DNA from: Lingula anatina
Taxonomy: Eukaryota; Animalia; Brachiopoda
DNA length: 64,000 nt
NCBI GenBank assembly: GCA_051362555.1
Contig: CM120645.1
Coordinates: 6,386,001-6,450,000 of the forward strand
Reading direction: 5' to 3'
The notes beneath the pieces are model-generated. The model ran no database searches and was not told where the DNA came from. It saw only the letters and a program-made list of their open reading frames with translations. A program made the translations under genes and the position numbers. Below, one piece after another: positions 1-12,789 of the stretch. Within the stretch, counting starts at the first letter, position 1. Each line of letters begins with the position of its first letter.

Positions 1-538
1 AATTATTAAAAACATGACACATTGTTTATTTAAAGCCTATATATGAAATAATGTATTAAAATGAATTTACGACAGCTTCATGGTATATGTTGCCAAGGGT
101 GATAATTAATTCTAGCCTCTTGACATTTATGACAGTGCTGCATAGTCCACCTCAGGCTTGTTTTACATTAAAACAAATTCACAACAGTGCTGGCCAAACT
201 TGTGCACTGCAAGTTGTAGAATCTTTGGACTATTGTTACCGAAATAACTAGAAGTTAATGAAAGCTTAAATAAACTATTATACTGAATACTCCACCATCA
301 TCCTGATGTTCTATTGTTCATTACTTCCCGAAAAGATAAAATAACATCAGTGCTGTAACAAACTTTATCAAAATATTAAAAATAGTGCTTTTATTAGTAA
401 AAGTGATAGTTGTGTGGTTTCTATAGTGAATAAGCAAATTTCCCCAACTTGTTTTTCAGAAATACATTTTAATAAATTCCCTCATAAGGTCAGCTCAGTC
501 AAGGATGATTAAGTTCGGCTGTAAATGTGATTGATTGT

Positions 539-3500
539 TTATGATGTTGATAGGTCAGGGTAACCTGTTATAGATAATAAATAGACATAACCAGCTATTC
601 TTAGTGTGACTTTCTTATACATGTATATATAAAGCTAAATTGTTGAAGGTCGTACATATACACATATATTTAGCCGCATGCTGCATGCTAAACACATTCA
701 GGCTAAAAGCGTGTAACATGTGAAAGAGCTAAACGCGTTAAAAATGAGACAAAACAGGCACTTAGAAATGTGTTTAACAGTCTACATTATATTAAAAAAA
801 TTTTCAGGTCATTTTAAAGATGCATACAAAGTCAATTTTTGTCATAAAAAAATGACCAAATGCCAGCATATAGTTTCAAGTAGTATATAACTAAGAGAAT
901 TGCCAAAAGGCATTGTTTAATTTTACCCGAAAATGATGTTTGAACAGATTTTTTTGCTGGCATTCTAAGCTGTATGTCAATGGGGCAGAAAAGTACATGT
1001 AGGTCACGAAAGTAGGTTAAATTTCTGACCAAAAATTTAAAGAAAGGAGCAGTCTCAAGCTCTTTTATGGCTGATCGAGTGATCTTTTCAGTTGGCATGT
1101 CGAATTTATTTGAGTCGTATAAGAAACCTAGTATAAGTGGTTTACACATGTAACTGGGAATCCACGCTCCACCGATGCTCAGTTCGTACAGGTGTATGCA
1201 CCTTTAATGTCTTTTGATCCAAGAATATTGTCTAACAACTGGGGTTGATACAATATTGTTATATGACATTGATCCAATTTTTAAATCCAATGTTAATCCA
1301 ACGTCTTGTCAACGTTGAAGTTAAACGTTGTATTAATATTGAAACAACACAATTTGCACGCTAGGAGTATTCTTAAGAAAAATGAGTTTGTAATTGAAAA
1401 ATTTCAAAACATGTGACAAATTATTTATACTTATATATATTCATATAAAAATTGATAAATTGGCATAAGCTTAGAAAGTGGCTTAAAAAGATTCCAGATC
1501 GTTTTGTGCTGTGCAAGCCAAAGGATACAAATGAATGGGCACTTGAAATTTTCTGTGTCTAAAAACAAAGAAAAATCTTACTTGTATTACAGTTATCCCC
1601 ACTAAATCCAGCTGTGCAGATACATTTTCCAGTGTCAGGGACACAGAATCCTGGGTAACAGTTTCGACTGCGACAAAAATCTGAATATCATAAGAAAAAA
1701 AAATTTTTTTTTGAAACACTAATGACATACTTCATTTTAAATTTGGCACAAATAACAACTTGTGAACATTCCAACAGTACAGTTCTGACAGAACTCCATC
1801 AAAAATAAACAGTAAATTTCCTTTAAAATATTTATTCCCAGGCATGAAATAGGCATGAAATAGTATCACTGACACTTGAGGTGTCATTGGATATATTGTT
1901 TGGGTGACACTTACTTGGACTAACAGTAGGGAGGTGCTCATCAACATTGATCTCTGAAAAATAAATGACACACATTGTCAAAATATTTATACCCTTAAAA
2001 GTATTTAAAATAGTTTAAAAATAAATTATTACTTCTATCTTTATTTCTTTTTTATATTATTACTTTTGAATACATCACAACTACATGTAGGATGTACCAT
2101 AATGTTCACCTTTAGATGCAGTTGCTTCATTTCCAGCTCTATCCACAACTTTCAGAAGAACAGCATAAGTTCCTGTATTCACGATGTATATCGGCCATGG
2201 ATTCCCACTTCTCCATTCGTTGGTATGTACAGGTGAACCACTTTGTATGGTACCACGGATGATGGTGTAGACGTACTTCTCAATACCAGATGTCACATCT
2301 ACCCAGTTAGCCCACTGGATCTCTAGCTGAGGCTGTCATAGAGAACCAAAAACAACTGGTTATCCCTTCTATCTTTTTCATAATTGGTCTTGCACATGTA
2401 TCATTTTCAATGAAAACTAAAATTTTCGCTAAAGTTTAATGCCATGCATGTGAAAAGGGTAAATATTTCAAGAAAAAAGGTATGCATGAATCACCTTATT
2501 TCGTCAAATCTTCTTAAAGATCCCAAATATGTAAATATGATATTTTATTTTTACCTGTGTTCCATTTTTTGCCACATAAGTCATTAAGGCAGAGTCTTTT
2601 TCAGCACATTTTCTCAGGTCACGGCAAATATGCTTTGGTTCCTCAAAGTCGAAAATGTAGGTGAAATTTCTGGTTGTTTCTTTTCCTTTGATCACATGGT
2701 TCGTAACTGAGCTAGTATCTGTATTCAATGCCACCTTGTAGCCTCCATTCCTGCTTGATATGCCAACTTCCAACCTATGACAATAAATAAATGAGAAATA
2801 AAAATGAGAAATAAAAAATGATGCACATAAACAGTATCCCCCCCCCCCCCCCCCCCCCCGAGTTAACCAAGAATATGCATAGTCAAGTCCAGGCCTACCC
2901 AACTACCAAACTCGGCACTGAATAATCCCGAATTTACCAATAGATCAGACCACACTTCCTGTTTCCAAGGTGTGCGTCAGTAAGCATTTCACAGTATCAT
3001 ACACCGGAGCAAATTTTGAGATGAGATGCACTACTTTCCAACCCCTCTGAAAATCATTACTATCACATTGCATACTAGGCAAAAGCGGTGTCGCATCTGA
3101 TACTTCGAAGAACGCACTGATGCACACCTTGATAATGGTATAGTGTGGTCCAATCTACCGGTGAATTCAGGATCATTTGGTGCAGTCTGGTAGTTGGATA
3201 GGCCTGAAGTCACAATTTTACAATGAACTTCTCTTAAACAGTCTACTTAATTCACAACAAAACACAGTCACATGCAATTTATTCACACAGGCCCTTTTCA
3301 AATAGTGTGGAACAGATTCCCTCCTCATTTGAAACATCAGCTTCAACTTTATGTATTTCTTTATCTTCAAAACTTCATACATTTCACCCATACCTTTATT
3401 AGAACCTTAATGTCTCTTGTGCTGTTGTTTATAATCTTTAACTTTCTGAATGCTATTAACTATAATTAAATGGATAATAACTCTTTGTATGAGATCTATA

Positions 3501-6500
3501 TTTTACAATAAAAACATTGTGAATAACTCATAGAAATATAATATATTCTGTTTTACCACAAAAACGGCAGTTATAGCTATTATTCTGATAATTGAGCTTG
3601 TCTTTAGACCACGTGACCTCCAAAGATGGCTATACTTTTTAGAAAAAAAAACAGGGACTAACTTTGAATGTAAAAATGGATTCATTCACCATTGGTAAGT
3701 ATGGGAAAATGTTGTTTACTCCAGGAAAATTCATTTTTTGGTCGAAACCAAGAGTCATTATCCCTTAAAGTAAATCACTATGTAAACAATTTTTTCACAA
3801 TGAAGATCAGTAAACAACATAATTATGACATTAAAACTTGCAAGAATTACCTGTCTTCATGTTTTATGGTATGTCTAGGAAAATTGTATTCTACTCTGCA
3901 ACTGGAGACGTCTTGGTTAGGATTACTTTCCCTATCACCATTTCCACAAGGAAGAGTCTGAGAAAAAAGGTATCTTCCATCTGTAAAATAATTTCAGTCA
4001 AGTAATGTTTTGCCATTTGGCAAATGATCTTAGAGTTGAATATGGGATGCTAGTGTAACCAAATTCATCAGTTTTATTCATGAAACATAAGATAGCATTC
4101 TTGAAATCAATGTACAAACAACATGCACATGAATCACAGCTAATTAAAGAATAAAGGTTATTTATTTTTTGTAAACTACGTATCAGTTTTTGTAAACATA
4201 AGGATCAAAATGTTTTAAAAATCTGATGCAGTACTGGGATATATTGTTTATTTTGGCAGCACCACAAGAAGCAGCATGCACATTGCATTGATCTCTAACC
4301 TAATTAATTCCTTGGTCAGAGCATATATTACTCAAGATGAATTAGAGGGAAAAGTAGAAGCAGACTGGCAGTTTAAAATATTAGCTATGAAAAGCTAAAC
4401 AAGATGTATTTTAAGAGTTTTGTTAGGGTTTATCATTAATTATTCAATAATGTATCTACCTTTGTGCCAATTTAAAACAAAAAAACGTCAAAAGAAATAA
4501 AATGCTGTATGTGCATGCATTTATATTTCTCGTCACTATTAATGAGCATAGGCAACTTAAGGCTTTTATCGTCAATATTACCTTTCTAGGACCCCCCCCC
4601 CCCTTACACTTCCTAAATCTGCCACTGCATATTCAAGGAGAAAAAAAAAGGGACCAATTAAGTAGCTTATCAACATACAAACAAAAATGTTGCATTCAGT
4701 TTACTTCTTAGTCTACATTTAGCAACACTTAAACAGTGACTTACAAAACATGCTCATTTGTCAGATAGTAAAAATGATATGACAAGTCCCAAACCAAGAG
4801 CTCTTCCTCATTGCAACATCACTAGCCTGAAGGTAACTATCACTAGCCTGAAGGCAACTTTAATTTTAAAAAATCAAACAAGCATTTCACTTGACAAATA
4901 TTTAGTTTGTATTAACACTCACATACAGCTTCATTGGTTAAACTGTCAATATTTACATTTCTAAAATTGCCAGGACTTTAACTTCCACTTACCTTGACTA
5001 TACCATCTTAAGTGAGCACTTCCTCCCACAATACCAAGCATAAAGCTTTTAATGTAAGAAGGGCGAGTTGGTGCTGTGGTCAGCTTATATCTACTTGACC
5101 ACTCTACTCTCACATGGTTCCAATCCTGTTTCTTCACATAAACTGTTGTTTTAGAAGGACAGCTGGCAACTGCCTCTAAGTGATCTCTGCTACCTGTCCG
5201 ATCACTCATAGTTGCCTTACAAGACATTATGGTTGGGCTCTGTGAAGCACTGACAACTAATAAACAAATATATACAAATGAAATGTAAATGCAAATAGTG
5301 TGGACATTAAAAATTATTATACATTTTTCAGTCAATATATAAACCTTCACTGATTTAAATATATAATTTTTTTATTCTAAAATAAAAAGTGGTTTCATTC
5401 CCAAATCTTAATTAGAACTTAAAATGTGATAAAATGTTAGAATTGCAACCAATATACCAGTGCATTTAAATTTGGTGATTATTGATATCAAGTTTTACTG
5501 TATCAAAAAGAGAATAAAAAAATTCTGAAATGGGTGGATCACTCATTTTTAAGGATTAAGTTTGGCAAGGACTTTCTTTAAATATTTTCCCTGTTGGCTT
5601 TACATAACTGATTATGGGTTAAAAACAAACAAAGCAGCAACATCCTGGGAAGCTAAAACAAATGACTTACTACTTCCACAGTGCTCTCCTCCAAATCCAG
5701 GTGTACACCTACAGTTAGTACCAGAACTGCAAGTACCAGGGTAACAGGGGAACTTCCAGGAACACTGACCTACATATATGAGATAGTTTTTATCATGAAA
5801 GCAGTTTGATAAGTAATTATTTGAATTACCATATCAAATGATTAATTTTTAAAAAAAATATAATTCTCTTAAAGTAATAGAATTAATTCAGAACTCCAAA
5901 ACTCTACAAGAAGCAATTAAATTAGCAATTCTGTCTTTTTTCCGCAAATTTCATCTGGACTACTTCTAAAGAATAGTCACAGAAATCTATATTAATCAAT
6001 GTGAAGTACACATACTTAATTGACAGTAGGAACCATAATGTGTAGCTGGGCAGTGACAAGTGTTTGGTCTTATGCATGTTCCACCATTCAGACAACCAGA
6101 ACTGCAAATAGCTGAAAAGTAAATAATAAAATAACATTTCATAGCTGACCAACAATTGAAAGAATTTTTCAAACATCATTCTTAAAATCATTTATCATTT
6201 TTAAGAAGAATTGTTGATATAAGAAACCTATTTATACTGGTTTTCATTTTGCCTGAAAACTCAAATGGCATATATACAATATAGACATATATATATCCAA
6301 CTCCTCTAATCTTAGAGTTGAAATAGTGACTAGGTCCCCCTGTATACCTTGTAATATAAAACAAAATGTACATCTTGGCTGTATTATTGTACATATACTT
6401 ACGGACCACACAGGCTCCATTTCTACTAGTCCAACCTGCACAGCAACGGCTCTGGCGGTACGTGTACGGGACACTATAGGACCCACTTCTTTGACACCTA

Positions 6501-7203
6501 TCCAACAGAATTCAAAGAAAAAATTATGCATTATCTGGTAAACGCATGACAATCATTGCAATTTTCATCTCGAAGAAAGCAATGAAAATTAAGATATATG
6601 GGAATCAACGACAAGCATGCAGTAAAATGACTTTAAGTTGTTAGGTAACAAGTCTTTTAAATTCTAAAACAGTGTACTGCATTTACATGTATTCTTGGTG
6701 ACTTTTGATGACTGAACCTAGGGAAATTCACCAACCTTGACCATCCCCAAGTTCCGCACTTAGAGGTTCTATAATAGGTGACATATCTTTCAGCTGTTGC
6801 AGAGTAGTAGCAGACATAACCACTAAAATTGAATAAAAAGTCTAACTCACTGATGCAACAGTCTGGGACATAGGGATAATGGTTTCTATATCAGCAATAA
6901 TAACTCGATAGTCAAAACTCATATTAAATTGATATCAATTCCCCAAAACCTCATATTTGAAGAAAAAGATTAAAAATTTTTATTCAAGGTTCAGGACATA
7001 TCCTCAAAGAACCTCTTCATTTTGCAGTGAAAACTTGAACATGCAACAAAGGCCAACATAAAAAATAAAACTTAACAAAATTAAAGCAATTTTTTATGCA
7101 GAATGACTCACCTGTATCCCAAAGATGTTGAAGCAAAATTGGCAAATATATAAACTGTTACAATTACTTGCAAGGAACAGAGCATGAGAGTATGATAAGC
7201 CAT
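539..7203 (-). CDS. Secreted multi-exon protein: signal peptide, EMI-like domain, 2 EGF-like domains, non-EGF beta-rich middle region, C-terminal EGF-like domain
   Basis: Approximate exons: 7203-7112 (MAYHTLMLCSLQVIVTVYIFANFASTSLGYS), ~6822-6737 (GYVCYYSAT..KCGTWGWSR), ~6498-6403 (CQRSGSY..CCAGWTSRNGAC), ~6110-6017 (ICSSGCLNGGTCIRPNTCHCPATHYGSYCQ), ~5768-5672 (CYPGTCSSGTNCRCTPGFGGEHC), ~5256-4993, ~3980-3851, ~2774-2555, ~2332-2111, ~1953-1914, ~1680-1582 (CYPGFCVPDTGKCICTAGFSGDNC), 564-539 (SYPDLSTS*). Canonical GT-AG; AATAAA on minus strand near 25-30. Confidence 0.8.
1225..1365. repeat. Degraded fragment with CAACGTTG-type subterminal motifs (EnSpm/CACTA-like MITE relic)
   Basis: Clustered caacgt/aacgttg motifs (ccaacgtcttgtcaacgttgaagttaaacgttg); ends degraded. 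Confidence 0.35.
3466..3768. mobile_element. Kolobok-like MITE copy 1 (internally deleted)
   Basis: TTAA-flanked; same body as 9907-10252 but lacks ~45 bp of the middle. Confidence 0.8.
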
Positions 7204-7576
7204 CACATACTCGGATACAATTTTCTGGATCATAGGAGACCCCTTAAATACTCTCCCTTTTAATCCAAGCTACTCCCAAATGTTAGGTAAACACATGCAG
7301 ACCAATCAACATCAAGCAGGAAATATTTAAGTTCAAATAACAATCTTAAGATAAGAAAGGGAAAAAATTCTTTAGTCTGTTGTTTAAAATATGTTTTTCA
7401 TGAAATTTTATTTCAACAAAATACATGTATAACCAAGTTAACCATTATAGACGCAAAAATGCTCCTGGCACATGAAATTCCACCTGGTTATGTATTCTTT
7501 GAATACTGAGATACACACCCCTCAGGTGTGCTGCTGTTGAATTAATTGTTCAATCATTCATTAAATACACTTCATC

Positions 7577-7794
7577 AAAATTTCATTTTTCACAAATCAT
7601 GGAAATGGAGTTTGATCAAATTTGAGCAGATCTTGACAATAAACTGTTACAGTAAAAATCTTTATTTCAGATGCACAGTATGTAGGCTACAGTCTTGAGT
7701 CAACATCAGTATCACATGAAGAGTCCACTGTTTATTGTCAAGACTTGCTCAAACTTTGGAACTCCATTCGCATGACTTGTGAAAATGAAATTTT
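7577..7794. repeat. ~220-bp foldback element with ~65-bp imperfect inverted arms
   Basis: aaaatttcatttttcacaaatcatg...cttgacaataaac (7577-7645) matches the reverse complement of gtttattgtcaag...catgacttgtgaaaatgaaatttt (7730-7794). Confidence 0.75.
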
Positions 7795-9906
7795 ACCCCA
7801 CATTCATTAATGTTGCTGTATTTTTCACAGAATTCCTTTCCTGGCAAAATTACAAAGGCAAATGAATGGTCAGTGTATTATCTATCAATATTTGTTAAAA
7901 TATTAACCTCAACTTAAGTGGTTCTTTTATAATCATTCAAAATAATGATGTTGCCTAACTTTTTTTTGTCGCATGTAGTTACATAATTCACCTATCCAGT
8001 GCAAACTACTGGTGGATTTACAAAAGTACACAGAGAGCATGCACTAGCTCCCCTAGCTTTGCAGGTACCAGCTTCTTCCCCTTCTCTCTTAAAAAAAAAG
8101 ACAAAAAGCAAATTTCCATTCCTATAGCCTAAACATTATGGTATTGAAATGAATACAGAAATGATACATAAGCAAGCCATTTTCCATCTCTTTGCCCTAT
8201 ATGCTATGGTAAAAACTACTGTTAAGGAGTTGCACATGAAGCATGGCAAAAAAAGTAGCTCTCTCTCCCAGCAAAATTCTTGATTTGCCAGAGCAAATAT
8301 ATATTTATCAAAATTGACCCTATGTAACTGAAATACCCAAATAAATCAAATCTCCAACCAGGAAGAGTGATACAGGAATCAAAGAGGTGATTGTTAAAGG
8401 TCTTCCTCACTGAATGACCATTAAAAGTGCCATCTAAGTAGGCTTTTGCAAATGACTTATTCATTTGACATTTCCTCCCTCACTAAGGACAGGTAAAAAT
8501 GTTTTCTGATCGCTCAGATATTTTTGGAAAGGCTCTTTCAGTCCGTTTCATACTCAGTTTAACTGATAAATGGCTCTTGAAGACTATCAAGAAAGATTTT
8601 TATTCAATCTAATCTGTTTAGTTTCAGGTTGACATTTGAGACCTAAATTGGAAATTCTTTTAGATCTTTGTCCTAAATCACTTTCATGTCTGCATTACCC
8701 TCATTATCATGTCACGTCATGAAATGTGAAGAAAAATATTATCACTATCCCATTTGATTTCTATTACCCTTGAGACCTCAAAGTTTTTAAGTACTCTAAA
8801 AAAGTCCCTATGGCCAGTATATTTTTATTGGATGGTGGAACACATTCTAGTACACATTTTCATTTTTGGTAGAAATTCCAACTTTGAACAAGTAGAGCTT
8901 GAAACAAGATATAATTACCCATCAAAACATAACCCTTCTTTTATCACATTTACATAGTTCCAAGTTAAAACAGTTCTCTGGAACTTTGGCATCCTTTTTC
9001 ACCATGTTTTGATTCTTTAAAAGAAATCTTTTGATTACCAATGCCACAAACTCAGGGTCCCAACTTAAATGAAGACAACTTTTCAATCAGGAGCAGTTTA
9101 CAGAAGATCCTTTCATATCCACTAAAACATTTTTGTACAGGTAGCAATAGATTTGCAAAAACATTTTTATAGTTTTTGTTTAGATCTCCTGAAATGATGA
9201 GAAAGCATGGAGTAACAGTTAGTTTATCTGCACATCTATAGCCACTTCCTTGTTACATTTATTGACACGACTTACTGTATGGCTCACCAGCATTTTTTTT
9301 CTAAAATTGTGCTTCCTGATTCATTTGCAAACATTTCACAGATAGAACAAGTTACATTTTGTACTTGGTGCTTGAGTTAATACAATATACATCCACTGAC
9401 ATAGACAAAATTCAAGTCTAAAAGTGAACAAGAATTTTATTTAAAAACACTTTTTAACGTATCAATACAAGTGAAATGATTTAAAATGTGACTTTAGTCC
9501 ATGCAAAACTCATCAGTCAACATGTAATCAAACCTGTCAGAGTCAAATTTACTCTTTGAAACATCTTTTCTTGAATTAATTTCAAAGAAACACCCAAGTT
9601 TATTAATTCAAACTCAATCCAGTAACACTAAAAAAAAACAATTCTTAAAGAAACTTATGTATATTACACTAACACATAAAAGGACAATTCTGACTGATCT
9701 ATTAATATATGTCAGCAATTCATACAAACCCTTCATCAAAACCTGTCTCTTGCAATATTTCATAAACAAATAATCAAATCAAGATCACTTCTAACTGAAA
9801 ATGACCACTATCTGGTTTGTGGTCATTTAACTGATGGTAACCAAAGGTAACTGATGCACCTGAGATAATAAATGACAGCCTTTACAGTTAGTTACCCATA
9901 GCTACC

Positions 9907-10252
9907 TTAAAGGGATAATAACTCTTCGTATGAGATCTATATTTCACAATAAAAACCTTGTGAATAACTCATAGAAATATAATATATTCTGTTTTACCAC
10001 AAAAACGGCAGTTATAGCTATTTTTTCTGATATCTGAACTTGTCTTCAGACCATGTGACCTCCATTGATGGCTATACTCTGTTAAAATCTCTTAAGAGAT
10101 TTTAACCAAAAAACAAACTTTTTAGAAAAAAAACAGGGACTAACTTTGAATGTAAAAATGGATTCATTAACCATTGGTTAGTATGGGAAAATTGTTGTTT
10201 ACTCCGGGAAAATTCATTTTTTGGCCGAAATGAAGAGTTATTATCACTTTAA
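9907..10252. mobile_element. Kolobok-like MITE copy 2
   Basis: ttaa|agggataataactcttcgt ... gaagagttattatcact|ttaa; TTAA target site and purine-purine termini as in Kolobok, unlike piggyBac CCC ends. Confidence 0.85.
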
Positions 10253-10413
10253 ATAGTCATTTTCTGAAATGCCACAACAGTGGTTGAAGCTTTCAAATAG
10301 TTTTATTCACCATTGGGTTCATGCATCACTGTCTTAATAAAAAGACAAACAGAAAAGTATGTAAATTTGGTCTTTTTTTCTTACTATTTAACCAAAACAT
10401 CTTTAAATATAAA

Positions 10414-11449
10414 TCAGCAACTGTCATTCAACACTGCTGTCTTGTTACTGTCTGTTCTTTCACCATCTGTGGATACCAGTTCTTTTTCCTTTTTCTCTTT
10501 CATTTTTTCATGTTTGGCAAGCAGTTCCTTCTTTGCTGCTTCAACATGCTCCTCAAAATTCTGAAAATAAAAGTTGTTACATAAAACAAAGAGCACAAGA
10601 CATAAATAAACATGACACATTAATATTTTGCATTAACTAAAATAAGCACCTCCTATTCACTTTTTTTAACTACTTCAGTTTTCCAAATTGTTTTCTTTTT
10701 GATTACTTGTTACCATTAAAAATTTCTAAATCACTTCTTCTTTAGATACACTTCAGAGTGCACCTCCCCCAGCAACAGTTTCTTAGACTCCATTTCCAGA
10801 GATTAGATCAATCTAATTTAGATCAACCTAACTCCCTGGGGGGTTCACGCTAAATAGCTGTCAGCCAAGCGGACACGAAAGTTAATTACCCCCTTACAGC
10901 TTGTAGTAGACGGGACGGACATTTAAGCCGGATTATCTGACAGTAATCTAGTGAGACTCCCGCGGGGATAGATCGATCTAAAAGCTCTGGGAATACAGCC
11001 TTAGACAGCGTTCAGGTAAACCCATCATACAAGCTGGTTTGAGCCAACTCTGCAAGGGACTCTCCCTAAAGTGCAATCAGTGTAATCAGCTTAATTGTCT
11101 GACACGCCTCCTCAAGTGAAAGAGTTTCCTAAAGCCTTTAACTGAGCACGCACAATAGTTAATTACCCCCTTGCTGGTCGAAGAGACTTGACAAACAATT
11201 TACTGATTACATTGCACTAAGATAAAATTCCTGCTGAGTTGGATTGAAGCAACTTGTACAACGGTAAGTTAAGGGACACTTTCACACCTAACACATTGTC
11301 ATGGAATTGAAGGGTATATACTGTTTATATGTTATATACTCTTTTCTGCCTACCTCCAGTGGTTTGTAATAACTGTGTACTATTTGAGCCCCAGCAAACA
11401 TAGACAATAGCCCAGCACTGAGCAGCTTGAAATACTGGCTTGTGCTCAT
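10414..11449 (-). CDS. UQCC6: BRAWNIN / C12orf73 / UQCC6 (sloth2 ortholog), ~80 aa, 2 coding exons (11449-11354, 10560-10414)
   Basis: MSTSQYFKLLSAGLLSMFAGAQIVHSYYKPLE|NFEEHVEAAKKELLAKHEKMKEKKEKEL... resembles the BRAWNIN core (human MSTYLKMFAASLLAMCAGAEVVHRYYRP). Phase-0 GTAGG donor and ttttcAG acceptor. First exon is absent from the ORF track. Confidence 0.88.
10785..11003. mobile_element. ~220-bp interspersed MITE family (PIF/Harbinger-like), copy 1, in the BRAWNIN intron; a diverged related unit follows to ~11260
   Basis: Core tagatcgacctaactccctggggg..aaatagctgtcagcc..gttaattacccc..gattatctgacagtaatctagtgagactcc recurs at ~50915 and ~56410; degenerate TIR (tctgggaatacagcc). Superfamily is a guess. 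Confidence 0.7.
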
Positions 11450-11828
11450 CTTGGCTCGTCTTGTTCCACTCCAGGGAAATCAAAATAACTGTGGTGTCCT
11501 CACTAACTATAATGATGCAAGACTGCGGACTGTTTTCCCCCTGTCAAAAGCAGATCTTTCTGCACAAGTACAATGCAAGTCGTTTCTTCACTCTTTTTTT
11601 TTGTCAAAAGCAGGTACTCAGCAGCAGATCTTTCTTATATACTAAATCTTTTCCTTATCACAATTGTTTGTATGATGTTTTTTCCAGATTCTATGGGTTC
11701 TTCTTTCCCTTTACAGTTTGCTTTTCTTATCAACAGTTATTTCACGTGATTTTCACTGCCCTCCAAAGAAAACCTGTATTGAGAAAAATTATCTCCTTGC
11801 ACTATTTTATAAGATATCAAGTCTTTGA

Positions 11829-12781
11829 TTACTCGTCCAAAAGATACATAACATTAATTTTCTCATTGATAAGCAGACGTCTTGCTGCTGCTTTTTTGGC
11901 CATTCTTTTTGTCCATATTGAATCTGAAATAGAAAAGATAAGAACAGAATAGAAAGGTTGAGTAAAAGGTATACTTGGAAATATGGGTATTTTTACAGCC
12001 TTCCTTTCCCTACATTCAAAAGTCTTTGACTTTAAAAGGGATAACAACTGTTCATTTTGGCCAAAAAATGAAATTTCCTGGGGTAAACAGCAATTTTCCC
12101 ATACTTACCAATGGTTAATAAATCCATTTCTGCATTCAAAGTTAGTCCCTGGTTTTTTTTTTTTTCTAAAAAGGTTGTTTTTTTTGTAATTATCTCTTAA
12201 GAGATTATTACAGAGTATAGCCACCTATGGAGGTCACTTAGTCAGATGGCAAGCACATATTTCAGATTTATTGCTATAACTGTCATCTTGGTGGTAACAT
12301 AGGATATATTATATTTCTATAAGTTGCTTACAATGTATTTATTTTGAAATATAGATCTCATACGAAGTGCTGTTATCCCTTTAATGTTTGTCTTAATTTA
12401 TTCAAGAAGTGAATTTGATCAGATGTTCAATTTATCAATTTTGTAATTTACTTATAACTTTTTGAAGTTTTTTTTTTAATGAGAAAATTTCAAACACTTT
12501 GACCAAAAAGATTACAGCCAATTTTCACCTCTTATGTGGCCTCAGCTGTCACAGGTTTTTGAATGCACTTCAAGTTTCTCCTAAAAATAAATAAATAAAT
12601 AAATCAGTTTTAGGTGCATGTTACACTTACAAAAGTTAACTTCACCAACTTTCAGTTTTATCATAGTGAATTCAAGCATAGCCCCCACGAGGAAACAAAG
12701 AGGGAGAACACTGTACGCTCCAAATCTCCTTCTGCCAGGGAGGGAACGGAAAAAACTGCGTAGCAAGCGCGATCTTAACAT
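11829..12781 (-). CDS. SMIM4: SMIM4 / UQCC5 (sloth1 ortholog), 81 aa, exons 12781-12631 and 11923-11829
   Basis: MLRSRLLRSFFRSLPGRRRFGAYSVLPLCFLVGAMLEFTMIKLKVGEVNF|YSIWTKRMAKK... matches the SMIM4 pattern PGxxRFGxYxxLPxxFxxGxxxExxMIKxxVGxxxFY; phase-1 intron with GTAAGT donor. Confidence 0.92.
12032..12384. mobile_element. Kolobok-like MITE copy 3 (opposite orientation), in SMIM4 intron
   Basis: ttaaaagggataacaac ... gttatccctttaa; diverged body. Confidence 0.8.
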
Positions 12782-12789
12782 TTCTCACT

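Noticed and set aside
832-1149. 105-aa minus-strand ORF
   Set aside because: Lies in the predicted last intron, no recognisable motif or clear splice fit.
6852-6886. Possible extra exon in the EMI-EGF gene (AG...GTGAGT)
   Set aside because: Inclusion shifts the frame and loses the Cys-containing EMI reading; exon 1 joins ~6822 in frame directly.
10414-10560. Exon as a C-terminal extension of SMIM4
   Set aside because: No good phase-0 donor in SMIM4 exon 2, whereas the BRAWNIN exon supplies a clean phase-0 donor.
11440-11952. 170-aa plus-strand ORF
   Set aside because: Antisense to the SMIM4-BRAWNIN exon, Phe-rich, non-ATG start, no homology recognised.
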